Source: Spizellomyces punctatus DAOM BR117
Lineage: Eukaryota
Reading direction: 5' to 3' (one strand)
Assembly: GCA_000182565.2 (NCBI GenBank)
Contig: KQ257454.1
Length of the DNA stretch: 64,000 nucleotides
Under the pieces are notes generated by a model, which saw nothing but the letters and a program-made list of their open reading frames with translations, ran no database searches and had not been told where the DNA came from. Below are positions 25,805-37,799 of the stretch, in pieces; the first letter of the stretch is position 1, and each line of letters starts with the position of its first letter. Position numbers and translations under genes: made by a program.

Positions 25805-26299
25805 TTTCGTGAGGCTAACGTTCAAGGCCAAGCGGAAGCCACAGTTCGCCTAAAGAGCAGTGATTTGCTAATCCGCCTAGTTACCATGACAATACAAGAA
25901 CATGTGACTGAATAGTTCGAACCCGGAAGACGTCAAAATACGACTGTGCATTCACCATTTGTGTTCCTGCAGTTAGATCTGTGCGTTCGTTTGCCCGTGC
26001 ACGACGTGGTCCCATGGGTCCATGACAGCAGGCTTTGATGAATCGACACCTTTGATCCGTCAACCTTTTTGTCGGCCATCATACATTTGGGTTACAAAAG
26101 TGGGAGTCCTTGGCCCATTATCGTCCTCTCCTTCCACCGTCTCGATTTGACGCGTCGATCATGTTTCGGGACGCAGCAGGGCTTCACACTCGACAGATTA
26201 AGGATGAAACTGCTCTAAACCAATATGATGTAGCCAGTGTATTCTGATAGAAAAAGGACAGTCTCAACGCCAAGCAGGCTTTTGTCATCTACATAAAAA

Positions 26300-27280
26300 A
26301 TGCTCTCAACGATTTACTATCTTTTGGCTCTTTTGCTGATCAAAAGCAGCACAAATGCCCAATTGAACACTCTACCAAAACCTGTTGTGAAAGCCGATCA
26401 AAAGTTGTTCGGGCCTTTTATTGAAGGTGCTACCTTTTTCAATGGCTCCATCCTCGCAGTGGACCCCTTTGATCCAACTTCAAAGACCGAGCTCAAGAAC
26501 GGTATTGGAGCAGTTGATGTTAAAGACGGTATCACTCGGTTGTTTTTAAGGGGCGCCCCACAAGCCCAATTAAACGGCCTCCGTATTGTTGATGGCGGGA
26601 CAAAGTTGTTAGCAGCTGACCCTGCAAAGCACGTCTTGTTCGTGCATCCGATTACGAACGATGGTGTTGCTACCCAGCCAAGTTCTGTCATCTCTATTCC
26701 CTCGTCGGTTGGGGTCCCCAACGACGTTACAGATACAGTTGGAGGTGGGGTGTACGTTAGCGGAGGTAAATTTCAACCAGTAGGTGCTGCCAAAGACGGA
26801 GAAGTATGGTTTGTTCCTCTTGCGGAGAGGGCACAGCCTGTGAAACTTTTGACGCTGGGACGTACCAACGGTATTGCGCTGTCAAAGGACAAAAAAACGC
26901 TTTTCGTCACCGAAAATGTGGCTCAACGCAACAAGATACAGTCTTTTCAAGTTCAGACAGATGGGTCTCTGAAAGATCAGAAGCTGGTTGTGGATTTCGA
27001 TCCTGCAACAAACAAGGGCTTCACGGCAGACAGTGACTTGGATGGACTGCGTGTTCATCCTGTTAGTGGTAACTTGTTCGTAGCGCACACTGGAAACGGG
27101 AAATCTGTGGTAGAAGTGAATCCTGCCGATGGTAACATCGTGCGAACAATCGGTGTATCGATGAACAATCCGACAAACCTTGATTTCTCTCCTGCCGGTG
27201 ACAAGTTGTTCGTCGTTGGACGGTGTGGAAATGCACCGTTTGGTCAAGGCAATGGGTGTCTTGATGTCGCCTCTTTATAA
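26300..27280 (+). CDS. Secreted SMP-30/gluconolactonase-like six-bladed beta-propeller, intronless
   Basis: Signal-peptide-like N-terminus and family motifs FIEG, PNDV, TNGIALS, DGLRV and PTNLDF in one uninterrupted ORF. Confidence 0.85.
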   Translation: MLSTIYYLLALLLIKSSTNAQLNTLPKPVVKADQKLFGPFIEGATFFNGSILAVDPFDPTSKTELKNGIGAVDVKDGITRLFLRGAPQAQLNGLRIVDGGTKLLAADPAKHVLFVHPITNDGVATQPSSVISIPSSVGVPNDVTDTVGGGVYVSGGKFQPVGAAKDGEVWFVPLAERAQPVKLLTLGRTNGIALSKDKKTLFVTENVAQRNKIQSFQVQTDGSLKDQKLVVDFDPATNKGFTADSDLDGLRVHPVSGNLFVAHTGNGKSVVEVNPADGNIVRTIGVSMNNPTNLDFSPAGDKLFVVGRCGNAPFGQGNGCLDVASL

Positions 27281-27831
27281 GGGTAGAAACGATGCCTTGC
27301 TTCGTTCAGTATTATGTAAAAAATGAATGTACACCCCGCTGCTGTTAAATCGAAATAATGGGACATTGTAGAGGTTGCTTTCGGTAGAGATGTACATATC
27401 GAACCAACACCTATTTGTAGAGAATGAAGTATGCAGAATAATGTATTGTTAAGGTGTGCATGGTGCACTTTGCACTATATGTCTTCTACGTCATCCACAA
27501 GCCCGTGTGATGGAGAACCCATCCAGCATAAATTATAGGTAGGATGATTAGCAGCGATGCTATCAAATCGGCTGGCATGTACACATCTTTTTCAACCACA
27601 TTGGTTGCACATCTCGCAGTGGAATGTATGCTTCCAAGGACATGTACATTGAACATGCCTACAAGATGTATCGTGTCTAATTCAAAAGGTTGACACGTTT
27701 GAGTTCACATATCCTTCCCCTACAAGCCGCATCATGTCTCCGAGCTGCAAATGTGGAGTATGGTCACTCAAAGTTCTAAGAGCATAGACTAGCAAGAGTT
27801 TCTGCGCTTATATAGCTCATCCCATTCCGCT

Positions 27832-30304
27832 TTAATTTCCAAAATAATTCGATTTAGGCCCAGTTGCTAGACCTGCGCCAGCACCTTTGCTTACATATCT
27901 TTCTGCTCCCCCTACTCCACTCACAAGACCACCCATGGAACTGCCAAGGCCGCCCCCGCCGAACCGTGGCATTGAACTGACTGCCGTTTTGGGAGGTGAT
28001 GGTACGCGCGATGATAACGCGGTCGATTTGCCAGGTCCAACTCCATCCGTTCCTTCAGTAGCTGCACCGTGTGGAAATATTGGACGTGGTATGCTTCGAT
28101 TCGTCGATGCAAGACCACCTGCGGGACCACCAGTAGAACTTTGTCCGTCTACTCCAGAGACATACCGACTTCGGTAGCCCGTTGGTGAATGCGACTAAAT
28201 AGAAGATGAGCAACATTTCCATCATATACCATTTCGCAATGAGTTAACTAACCTTATAAGTAGCATTCTGGGCAGCGCCAGTTCCTGCTGCATGTCTGTC
28301 CAACCCGTAACCTCCCAAAGTAGGGGCAGACCCTGTGTACGTTGGCAAGGGTCGAGTCAGAGCATCCTCGTTCATTTGCTTGTGAAGCCATTCGATGACT
28401 GCAATTACTATTAGCATCACCGACCCTACAGCAAAGGTCAAGTTGCAAGAGCTCCCTACCATGGTTATTATCTTCGATAATCGCTTTGCCCTCCTGGACT
28501 TGCTTCGTCAACTCTTCTATACGACCTTGTGCTGCATGGAGCTCCTCCCGTACTTTTGACAGGGTATCCTTGGCATCTGTCAACTCTTTTTGCTGCCCTT
28601 GAACCGTCGCCGCTCGTTCATCCAGTAGCTTCTCTTGCTGCATTGTCACCACGTTCTTCAACTTCAGTTTCGCTTTTGATGACTTTAGGTCCGTCTGGAG
28701 ACGTCGGATTATTTCATTGCCCTGTTCACGCGCCAGATTAAGGTTTTGCAACTTAGAAAGGAATGACGATGAAATATACTTTATTTATTTCTTCCGTGGC
28801 TTGTTTCAGTGCTTCTTCCAGACGTGCATTTTGCCCTTTGTACATCTCCAACGTATCATCGGCCTTTGCCTAACGGAAACAGCGTTAAGTCCATTCGAAC
28901 AGGATGTAAATCTGAAGTAGTTCGTCTCCATTGAGCAGCATCAAGCATTACCTTCTGTTCATTGGCCATATGAAGCAACTCCTCAAGTCTTTTTTCCTCT
29001 GCAAGCTTGTCTCTCCCATCACGCTCAATGTCCCGAAGTTTATTTCTTAAAGATGAACATTCGGCTTCCAAGTCTCTTTTTGAATGTGCGAGTTGCTCGT
29101 TTAATTTGATCTCTTTGTCTAGATCTTGTTTCGTTATGGTCAAGTCTTGCCGCAGATTTTCAATCAGCTTATTAGCATTGGACGTCGAGGTTTCCATGCT
29201 CTGGGCGTGGGAAAGCATGTGGGAATGAGCGGCTTTTAAAGAAGCTAATTCTTGGGATAGCTTCTTCAGCTGTGAAAATTGGAGCGCCCAGCGCAGGCCA
29301 CTGTTATTTCAATTTCACTAACTTTGAAGCACCACGGTGGACAAAATACCTGCTCTTCGTACTGAATTTCGATATTTCGCTTGTCCTTTTCTGCAGCAAT
29401 ACGCTCCTCTTCACGCTGTCGACTAGAGGTCTCCTTTTCTCGCGCTAATGTTTCTGCATGTTGGAGTTGCAGACGGTTCATTTGCTCCGCATTGGACAAT
29501 TTGATATTCTCTAGCTCGCATGTGAGCTTCGCATTTAAGCCTTCACACTCTTTTAAACGAATTGTAAGGCTAGACCCCGTCGAATCCAGCTGGTTCTTCA
29601 GTGAAGCATTTTCCGACTGAAATAACGGGCAATTAAGAAATATTGCGGCGGACACAAAAGTAGCATCAGTAGATTGTACCTTGTACTCTTTCACTAGTTG
29701 GGCTAAGTACTGCTTCACCGAAGCATCGTTTCCCGGAATGAAATGTAATGATATATGGGTGATATTTCGGAAGGTGTTGGTTTCAACCACGTTGAAAACA
29801 GCGTATTTGGCAGAGCCATCAGACGTAAGCTGCGCGATGAATCTATATGATGTTGGTTTTCTAACTTCAACCCCTCAAATTCTGCATTTAGGACGGAAAG
29901 CGCACCTACTTTGGCTGTTCTTCTCGTCTTGCGCCGTCCACGGCTTCCAGAAGCTCTATAAATTTGACAGGAAACTGTTGGAAGTCGACCAACAGATTTT
30001 GCTCTTCTTTAAGGGCATGGAAGTCGTCTTCGCCGACATCCAGGTGATAGAGAAAAAACGGGTCATTTTCGTCCGTTAGCTGTATCTCTAGCACTTTGAG
30101 GCGTCCAGAGTTTTTGGAGGTAAGAGCGACTTGGACAGTTATGCTCGGGTGCCTTTTCTCCTGATATTGTTCTGTTGCATAGGTTGACTTGAGGCCACTT
30201 TGGCCACCCAAGGTTGTGCTGGGAGTTTGAAGGGCCTTTCCTGTCGCTAATTTCAACCTGACAGGAATTCCTTTACTAAAGAGCAGTTCTGTGGCAGACT
30301 CCAT
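27832..30304 (-). CDS. SAS6: Centriole cartwheel protein SAS-6, multi-exon
   Basis: Head-domain motifs LTDENDPFFLY, LKEEQNLLVDFQQFP and VETNTFRNITHISL, then coiled coil with EEINKGNEII and LKLKNVVT. Confidence 0.93.
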
Positions 30305-30449
30305 GTCTACGCGCTTGGTGGCCGAAACGCGTGAACTTCTCTCACCCGTCCGAGGTTCACTACCCTTGCGACGAGTATAGCTATCTTATGTCGCTACCTT
30401 CGGGCCAGCCCTGGAGAAGACAAAGTGAGAAACAATTTCCGACCGTACT

Positions 30450-33400
30450 ATGTGGTCGCCTATTCCCCGAGCTGATCTGCCTACAAGAACGAGTTCGCAA
30501 GGAATTCGGACACTTCGGACGGCCTGTGCCACTGGTCGCCTGGTAACAGCCTACATCACCCAACAGTTGTTCCCGCACTATCGGATAGTCCTCACAGGGC
30601 GTATCTCCATGAGGTGTTCACCAGGCATCTCTGTACAGGCTGTCTGCTACTTGAGATGTCTTGTAGCAGACTATTTGGGAGGAGTGAGTCGTCGGACACC
30701 TGGACTCTGCGGCGGCCTTCAAGTTCATCGGCACCATGGTGGCCCCAGTGGTAGACAACTAGTATCTACTATCCAGGCCGACGAAAGCGCTTCTCCTACT
30801 CTTCCGAAACGAACCGACATCTATGATAGCGCTTGGGACTTGCTATCTCAATCTTCCGTAAGAAAGGGAAAACGATGGCGAGACTTGGCTGAAAAGCGCC
30901 GTGTAACCCTGCAGACGGAGGGAGATAGACGCACTTCTCTAGTGCACGCCATTATACCTCGCTCGTTGACCCGCTCTAGAGAATATCTCAGTAAGAAGCA
31001 AGCAACGTCAGCCGAGAATGGAGCACAGATTTTTGAGAAAGTAGTGGATAGACTTTCCCAGGCTGACCTGGGTCAACTACCAGCGGAAGAGGCCGATCGC
31101 ATCGTTCTCGCATATACCTTATCCATGGAGGGGAACATGGAAGATGCCGTTCTGGAATTGACAGGCATACATTCTAGTTCATGGACTCACGAACTTGCGA
31201 TTGATACATGTCGTTTGATTTTCGACAGTTGCGCTAAGAACGGGAGATCCAGGTTTGGGGAGTCTTTGTTGGATCATTTAATAACAGTAAGCAAGTCCCT
31301 TCATCCGAAATACGCAGTCGGCGGCTGGCGCCTCGTAGAGGGTTATGCAAGTGAAGGAGACTTAGAAGCTGCGGACCGGTTACTGGTCAGGCTGTGTGGA
31401 ATGGGATATATACCATCGAAACAAGCTTTGAAGCTGCTGTTGTCTCAACATCAAATTGCACGACGCCAGAGAGGGAGAGACATGAAAACCGCGATGCTGT
31501 CAATAGTGTGGGGTTACTTCACTACTGTTCGCAAGGCGGCTCAAGATGATCAAGTAACTAGGAAATCTGATTCTCTCTTGAAGGCACGAGATCGATTATA
31601 CTTGGAGCTGGTTAAACAATGCGTCACGTACGGCGGTCTGACTCAAGCAGGGCAGATCCTTGCGTGTGTACATACGAGACACGCGGATTTGGTTGTTTAC
31701 GGTTATAATCTCCTCTTAACAGGACATGTGTCCGCGGGCAGCATTGAAAATGCGTCAAAAGTGTACCGGTTGATGCTCTCGGAGGAGGTGAAGCCCAATA
31801 TATCCACGTTCAACATCTTGTTGCAAGCGTATATTCAGGCGGGATCGTACGATGGTGCAGAGACCCTCATACAAGAGATCACGCGTCGGGGAATCGCATG
31901 GACCGCGACTTCTTACCGACATGCAATCCAGTTACGCGTCCACCAAAATAATCTACTTGGCGCAAAGCAGCTCGTACAACAGCTCGTTAAAGAAGGATTG
32001 AAGGTGGACGAAAAGATCATCACTCACTTAATGACCGGATACGCGCGGTCGAGAGATATGGGCGGTGCCATTGATCTTTTAAATTTCTTTGAGGAGCAAG
32101 GCATCCAAGTCCCTCTGAACGTAGCGATCTTCAATAAGCTCTTGTATGCCTGCGTTAGAGGATCAACCGGTGAAGTTGAGCGCCTCCGTGCGATTATGAT
32201 GGAACAAAATATAAATCCAAACTCGGAAACGTATGTAAATCTGGCCTCGCACTACGCCGCTGTGGGAGACGCGGAACGCTGTATGACGTGGCTGGAGAAG
32301 AGCGAAATCAGTGCTGCAGACACCAAGGTGATAAATCGCGTTTTGTCGCAATTTGCCCAGACTGGTGAGACAGACAAGATTCACGATGTGATGCAAAAGC
32401 TCGAGCGAAGAGGCGTGAAGTTTAAGATTGATACTTATAATATCCTGATAAAGAGCGTAAGCAAAACTGGGCAGCCGAAAGACGCGGAAAAAATTTTGGA
32501 CGACTTGAAAGGGAAGGGCGTGCACCCGGACACGATCACTTATAACACCATGATAGCGATTTACGTTCGGCATGATGATTTAAAAAGTGCGAACCGAATG
32601 TTTCGTACAATGGCAAGCCTAGATAAACCAGTCAAACCGGACCGGTTTACGTACGCTACGCTGATGGATGCTCACGCAAAGTTGGGGATGATGGAAGTCG
32701 CTTCCCGTCTGTATTCCACCATGCGGATGCGGGGTATCAAAGCAGATCACGCCGTTTATCACACCTTACTCAAAGGCTTCTGTCAAATCGGAGATGCGAC
32801 GCGCGTAAAGGAAATAATTGATGAGATGCACGCAGATGGCTTATCTCCAACTACGTTAACTTACAACGTCATAAGCGCTGGTCTAATTCAACGTGGTGCT
32901 CTTGATGAAGCGGAATGGTGGATCAATCACATGAGACAAGCTGGCGCTCGCGGCGATCTATACTCTTACAATCAACGCATTCAGCTTTTTGTTGCAAAAC
33001 GGGACATGATGGCAGCGGAAAAAGTCTTCGATGAAATGTCAAACGACGTGATACGTCCGGACGCAACGACTTTCAACACTTTGCTAACAGGTTGGTATGC
33101 TGTCGACAAACCCGATGAAGCGCGCCGCCTTCTCCGAAAGATGGGGAGTTATGGCATCGTGCCAAATTCTACCACGTGCACCATCATGATCAGCTTTTAT
33201 GTGAAAATAGGAGATATGGAGCGGGCCGAGCTTGCATTTCATGAATGGTTCTCGAAAGCGAAAAAGAAACATCCTATTGCGTCAGAACCGTTCGCTGCCA
33301 TGATTTACGGATGGGGTACCATCAAGAGGGATCTTCCAGCTGCTTTGTCGTGGTGGACCAAAATGAAAAACGCGGGAGCCATGCCCAACTCTTCGGCGTA

Positions 33401-33980
33401 TACTTGTCTCATTCAAGCACACTCTCACGCGCACGGTTCCCTAGAATCGATCCTACACATCTTCGATCGATTGATTGAAAGGCGTGACGGACCTAGTGTA
33501 GGTGTGGAGGCTCCCACAGCATGTGTTGCCCTAGACGCCTGCGGACGATTCAATTCTATCAATGCTGTCCGTGAGGTGTGGAACCGGTTGAAGCATCACC
33601 AGACAGACGTAAAGATTGCAAGGTGGGAGTGGGAAAATGTTTATACCTCGTACTTGGAGGCATTGATACGGTGTGGCGAGTTCGAACATGCTGTTAAAGT
33701 CCTTACGGAGGAAATGGTGGCAAGCAAGGTGATGCCTTCTGTCAAGACCTTCGAAACTTGCTTGACTTTGCTTGCAACTCGCGATGCAGATCCTAAATAT
33801 GTGGCATCAGTGGAGACGTTTATGAAGAGGTGGCCAGACATTGCGGCGCAGGTTCACGTCCGGGTGGCGGCCTTCAAACAGCAATATGAAGAGCGTAGGA
33901 GAGAGAACATGGCCGCTGTCAGAAGAGTTCGGACGGGAGGCCGAAAGAAAGGCTCAGATGTTCTCAAAGTGCCGCAATAG
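30450..33980 (+). CDS. Pentatricopeptide repeat (PPR) protein, probably mitochondrial, intronless; start may be 30450 or 30609
   Basis: Many tandem ~35-aa repeats such as PNISTFNILLQAY, PDTITYNTMIAIY, PDRFTYATLMDAH and PDATTFNTLLTGW, after an Arg-rich N-terminus. Confidence 0.92.
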   Translation: MWSPIPRADLPTRTSSQGIRTLRTACATGRLVTAYITQQLFPHYRIVLTGRISMRCSPGISVQAVCYLRCLVADYLGGVSRRTPGLCGGLQVHRHHGGPSGRQLVSTIQADESASPTLPKRTDIYDSAWDLLSQSSVRKGKRWRDLAEKRRVTLQTEGDRRTSLVHAIIPRSLTRSREYLSKKQATSAENGAQIFEKVVDRLSQADLGQLPAEEADRIVLAYTLSMEGNMEDAVLELTGIHSSSWTHELAIDTCRLIFDSCAKNGRSRFGESLLDHLITVSKSLHPKYAVGGWRLVEGYASEGDLEAADRLLVRLCGMGYIPSKQALKLLLSQHQIARRQRGRDMKTAMLSIVWGYFTTVRKAAQDDQVTRKSDSLLKARDRLYLELVKQCVTYGGLTQAGQILACVHTRHADLVVYGYNLLLTGHVSAGSIENASKVYRLMLSEEVKPNISTFNILLQAYIQAGSYDGAETLIQEITRRGIAWTATSYRHAIQLRVHQNNLLGAKQLVQQLVKEGLKVDEKIITHLMTGYARSRDMGGAIDLLNFFEEQGIQVPLNVAIFNKLLYACVRGSTGEVERLRAIMMEQNINPNSETYVNLASHYAAVGDAERCMTWLEKSEISAADTKVINRVLSQFAQTGETDKIHDVMQKLERRGVKFKIDTYNILIKSVSKTGQPKDAEKILDDLKGKGVHPDTITYNTMIAIYVRHDDLKSANRMFRTMASLDKPVKPDRFTYATLMDAHAKLGMMEVASRLYSTMRMRGIKADHAVYHTLLKGFCQIGDATRVKEIIDEMHADGLSPTTLTYNVISAGLIQRGALDEAEWWINHMRQAGARGDLYSYNQRIQLFVAKRDMMAAEKVFDEMSNDVIRPDATTFNTLLTGWYAVDKPDEARRLLRKMGSYGIVPNSTTCTIMISFYVKIGDMERAELAFHEWFSKAKKKHPIASEPFAAMIYGWGTIKRDLPAALSWWTKMKNAGAMPNSSAYTCLIQAHSHAHGSLESILHIFDRLIERRDGPSVGVEAPTACVALDACGRFNSINAVREVWNRLKHHQTDVKIARWEWENVYTSYLEALIRCGEFEHAVKVLTEEMVASKVMPSVKTFETCLTLLATRDADPKYVASVETFMKRWPDIAAQVHVRVAAFKQQYEERRRENMAAVRRVRTGGRKKGSDVLKVPQ

Positions 33981-34154
33981 ATTCCGACGGCATAAATTGA
34001 ATTGTACAATATGTAGAGAGGATAGCGAAATTGGAGCCATGTAGAAACAAGCAAAGATGTTGAATGCACCACTTAATTCCACCTATTGATCCTCGTAAAA
34101 TGCAGTCATGAACTATACGTCGATCGGTGATAAAGTAACGAGTTTATATTAGTG

Positions 34155-35504
34155 TTATGCATGCTTGATTTCCTCTACCAAGTCCTCCAATTCTTCCCGC
34201 ACCGCTTCTTCCCGTGCATCACCCCATAGCATTGGCACATTGCAACGCTTGAAACTGGGCCATACTATCTCTTCTATGAATACGGACCGTAGTTTGGAAG
34301 TAATCAGGGATGCTAACTTGGGTAGATCCTTGACTTTCGTACGATGCCCCAGAAGTGATCGCACTTCAAACTCCAATGAAAAGTCGTCCAATATAGATAT
34401 TGAGATGTAAGTTTCTGGTGTATCAGGATGGGTAACAAACTCCACCGCGACCTTAACAAGTCGATTAGAGGCACCACTGGAAAGGAAAGAAAATGAGGAT
34501 TACTTACTGTCCCCGAAAATTTTACTACTGATAGTGTCAGTGCGACTGGTAAGGCTGCAATGCAAGGCTTTGGCCAGTTTACCAACACTTGGGTTTCGAC
34601 TCCCAACGTTATCTGGTCATCAAACTCGAACTGAATTTCTGTTCGTAGGTTGGCAGTCTGTTCGCTGAAGCATGTACGGACTTTTTGAATGATGGGGAAC
34701 TCTTCGCCGAGAGAAAAATCTGTGATATGGATAGGTCCCTATAATTGATGCATGGAACCAAAAAAACTATGGTTGAGACCTCACCCCAATGCATTTGGGT
34801 GGTGGCGGCGATGTACATACCAGGAAGCCAGGTTTCGTATGTCCGTTCAAGACCTCATCAAGAAGATGAATGATTCGGTTGTTGAACCCACTGTCGTTTC
34901 GATATTTTGTTATCGCTTGAGCGAGGAGAACATTGAGCCAATCGCACGTTTCAACTGGATGGGTATGTATGTCATATTGTGTTTTGGTCAGTATCTGCGA
35001 TTCGGTTGCATGCGGGGATAGGGGGTTTCGCAGCTATATATACGTATAGGTGCATTAGAAGCGTCGCAATTTGTACTTAGCTACAATTGATTGTTCACGT
35101 CCCAGGAGCCCACCAGCAACTAACCTTTGGCTCAAATAGTTTCCGGCTGTTCCTCTTTTTGGCCAGATCTATTCGTGTCTCCTCACCGCTTCTGAAGAAG
35201 AATACTTTCACAAGAAAGAATATCAACACCCCAAGTGTTATTTGTCCTAAATACGTTTCGCTTTAGCTCCGTTGCCAACCTTGTTCGCCCGAGTGAGCGC
35301 ACGAAAATGCATAGCTAACCGCAAACCTGCAACGAATCCCTTGATGAACTCTTTGGTTCCTATATGTACAGCTGCCTCAATCGAGGCGACGGGCACTGGA
35401 ACGGGCTCAATGGTCGCAGAAGACATGAGCGCCGGTCCTGCTCCGTTCAAGAAATCTGTCGTCGCGTTTCCACCAAAGTTTTCAGCACAAGGACGTTCTG
35501 TCAT
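34155..35504 (-). CDS. MMM1: ERMES subunit Mmm1 (TM helix plus SMP lipid-transfer domain)
   Basis: FIKGFVAGQITLGVLIFF TM segment, HPVETCDWLNVLLAQ, ITLGVETQVLVNWPKP, and SLLGHRTKVKDLPKL. Confidence 0.92.
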
Positions 35505-35737
35505 CAGTCATCGAGCCTCAGTCACATGATTATCTACAAATTACCTTCACAGCCACTCCGCCTCTAATCTGTGCATCTAGCCCCCTTTTCACACCTTCCC
35601 ACGTACTTTTTTCATCATTCGGTCTCTTGAATACCTCCCTGCGCTCACCTACCAGTATTGCCCTGTTTGGGCCAAGCTGCTGACACTGTTTAGCTACTGC
35701 TGCCGGCGGAGTATTGCTCGGTTATCTGGCTGTTATC

Positions 35738-37468
35738 ATGGAAGTGGAGTTGCGGTGTAATAACCTTCAGTGTCGTAAAGGCCTGAATAGCAGTTCCAGA
35801 GCATGTGTTACAACTTGCAGTCGTCAGTATTGTTCGCCATAGCAGTAAGCATCTGAAACAGTCTAACATGATTATTCTCTATTCCCAGATATCTTTTGTG
35901 TGGAGTGCGCCCAAAAGGCGTTTAACGCTGCTTTGGCCTGGTAGGTCAACGTGGATTGGAACAGTATCGACTTTGTTACTTCAATATCAGAGCGAAGTGT
36001 AAAACGTGCTTCTTTAGCCCAGCCTGTGAAACGCCCCTGACAGAAGGGTAAGTAAATGTCGTATGTTGCGATATTCTGCAGTTCATCAATAATACTATGC
36101 TCAGAGAGGACATTGTTTTCACCGAGCTAAATCCAAGTGAGGACTACAAGTCGGTGAGTGATTAGGAAACTTGCTCAAGGTCTAACGTTGTGAAAACTCT
36201 TCACTCAAACCCTGGAGGCATGAGGTCAGAGCGTACTTTCTGGTCTCCGTCCTGAAGGTGCGGATAACACTGAATTAATATATTTACGACATTGCTCCTC
36301 ATTTTAAACTGTCTTGAAAGTTATTATTGAGATTGCTGGTCGGGGTCTCAGGTTAGTGAGATTTGGTGTGGTTCTGCTTCATCGCATTCAAGTTGATTGG
36401 TGGCCGCGATCGGCGTCTGTAAAGTTTCTGGGTCTATCAGATGACCCAAGAATCCTGCTTCCAGGAAATGGTCTGTTTTGTCGTTCCCTTGTTCCTGTCG
36501 TGTTATTGACAGTTTCTTTGGCGTTCAGATATATAAAAATCTGGGTGATAAGTACTCACAATTGGAGAGACAAGTACAAAGCATTGTCCGCGAAGCAAAT
36601 CAGGAAATTCAAGGTATCAATGAATGACCAGTTCTGTTGTCTGGTAGTATCTCAATATTCCCCACGTAAGGACTGCGTGAGAAGTTGATCGGTAACGTCC
36701 CGCCGGGTTGATTGAGTGACATGTCCTTTACTTAACCCTTGAAACAAGTGTTGCAAAAGGAACAAGAGGTTGAGAAACTGCGCAATCACGAGCTAGCAGA
36801 GCAATTCGCTGAAAAGGGCCGGCAGTTCCAGAAACTCCAGGTGCTTTCTGACTGACATTTGGCTGTTGTGCACTCTTCAGATGATTGACAGTACCGACAG
36901 TTGATGTATGACAAACTTAAGCGTAAGAGTCTTATGCCTCCACAGCAGCAACCGCTGGTAATTGGAAACGGGCCAGGGCAACAAAATAAGCTCGGTCAGG
37001 GATTTGGTTTGCCGCTACACAATCAGGCTTTTCAGGTGAGGCCCTGAGTAACCGCATTGAAACAGCTACTGTTAAGTATAATGTCATTCACTATAGACGG
37101 GACAGCCAATCACACCTATAACTGTACAAAATGGACCTCAACATCAGCGCATACCGTTGCAGCAGCTTCACCAACGCAGGGCCTTCAACCCAGGACCAAT
37201 CGCAAACATGTCGGCCCTTCAGGGTAGCCAACATGTACAGCATAGAATGCCTTTGAGCTACAACAACACCATGCAACATGGGCCTGGTAATGGAGCAGGA
37301 GTCGGAGGTCGAATGCATCACAGCATGCCACATCCCCAAGGTCGACCTCGTACCCCTGTGATGCCAATGACCCCATCCAGCGACCATATGGTTATTGGAC
37401 CTGGATCGGCTACACGGGACACAGGTCGCCATGGATCTCTGCCTGGTAGAATATCCCCTCTGTATTAG
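35738..37468 (+). CDS. HEI10: Meiotic RING E3 ligase HEI10/CCNB1IP1, about 12 exons
   Basis: Spliced reading LRCNNLQCRK...ACVTTCSHIFCVECA...CPACET...LNPSEDYKSSVLSGLRPEVIIEIAGRGLSFWVYQ, then coiled coil and low-complexity tail. Confidence 0.9.
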
Positions 37469-37799
37469 ACACATTGATGGGGGTCGAAGAAAATAGGGTC
37501 CATCATAGACTTCGATACATGTAAATATTTCGTCGCCTCGTGCTCCTGAAGGAAGCTAACATCAACCCTGCAATGTTTGGCATCCTTGCCTGCGATTTTG
37601 TTCTAATGCTTACTTCAGTTGGAGCAAGGCCGCTCGTCACAGTGCATTGAAAGTATTAGGAAACGTAAGCAGATTTGTTGACCGCATGGCTGTGCCACCC
37701 ATGATTAGCCGAGGTCGATCGTTTTGCTGCGCTTGGCAGCCCAACTTTTTACTTTTGAAAATGTTGGTGTGAGTTGCTCGCAGCGCATAATACGTTTCT

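Noticed and set aside
28564-28571. GTATCCTT U12-type donor consensus
   Set aside because: Antisense to a SAS-6 coding exon, with no + strand gene there.
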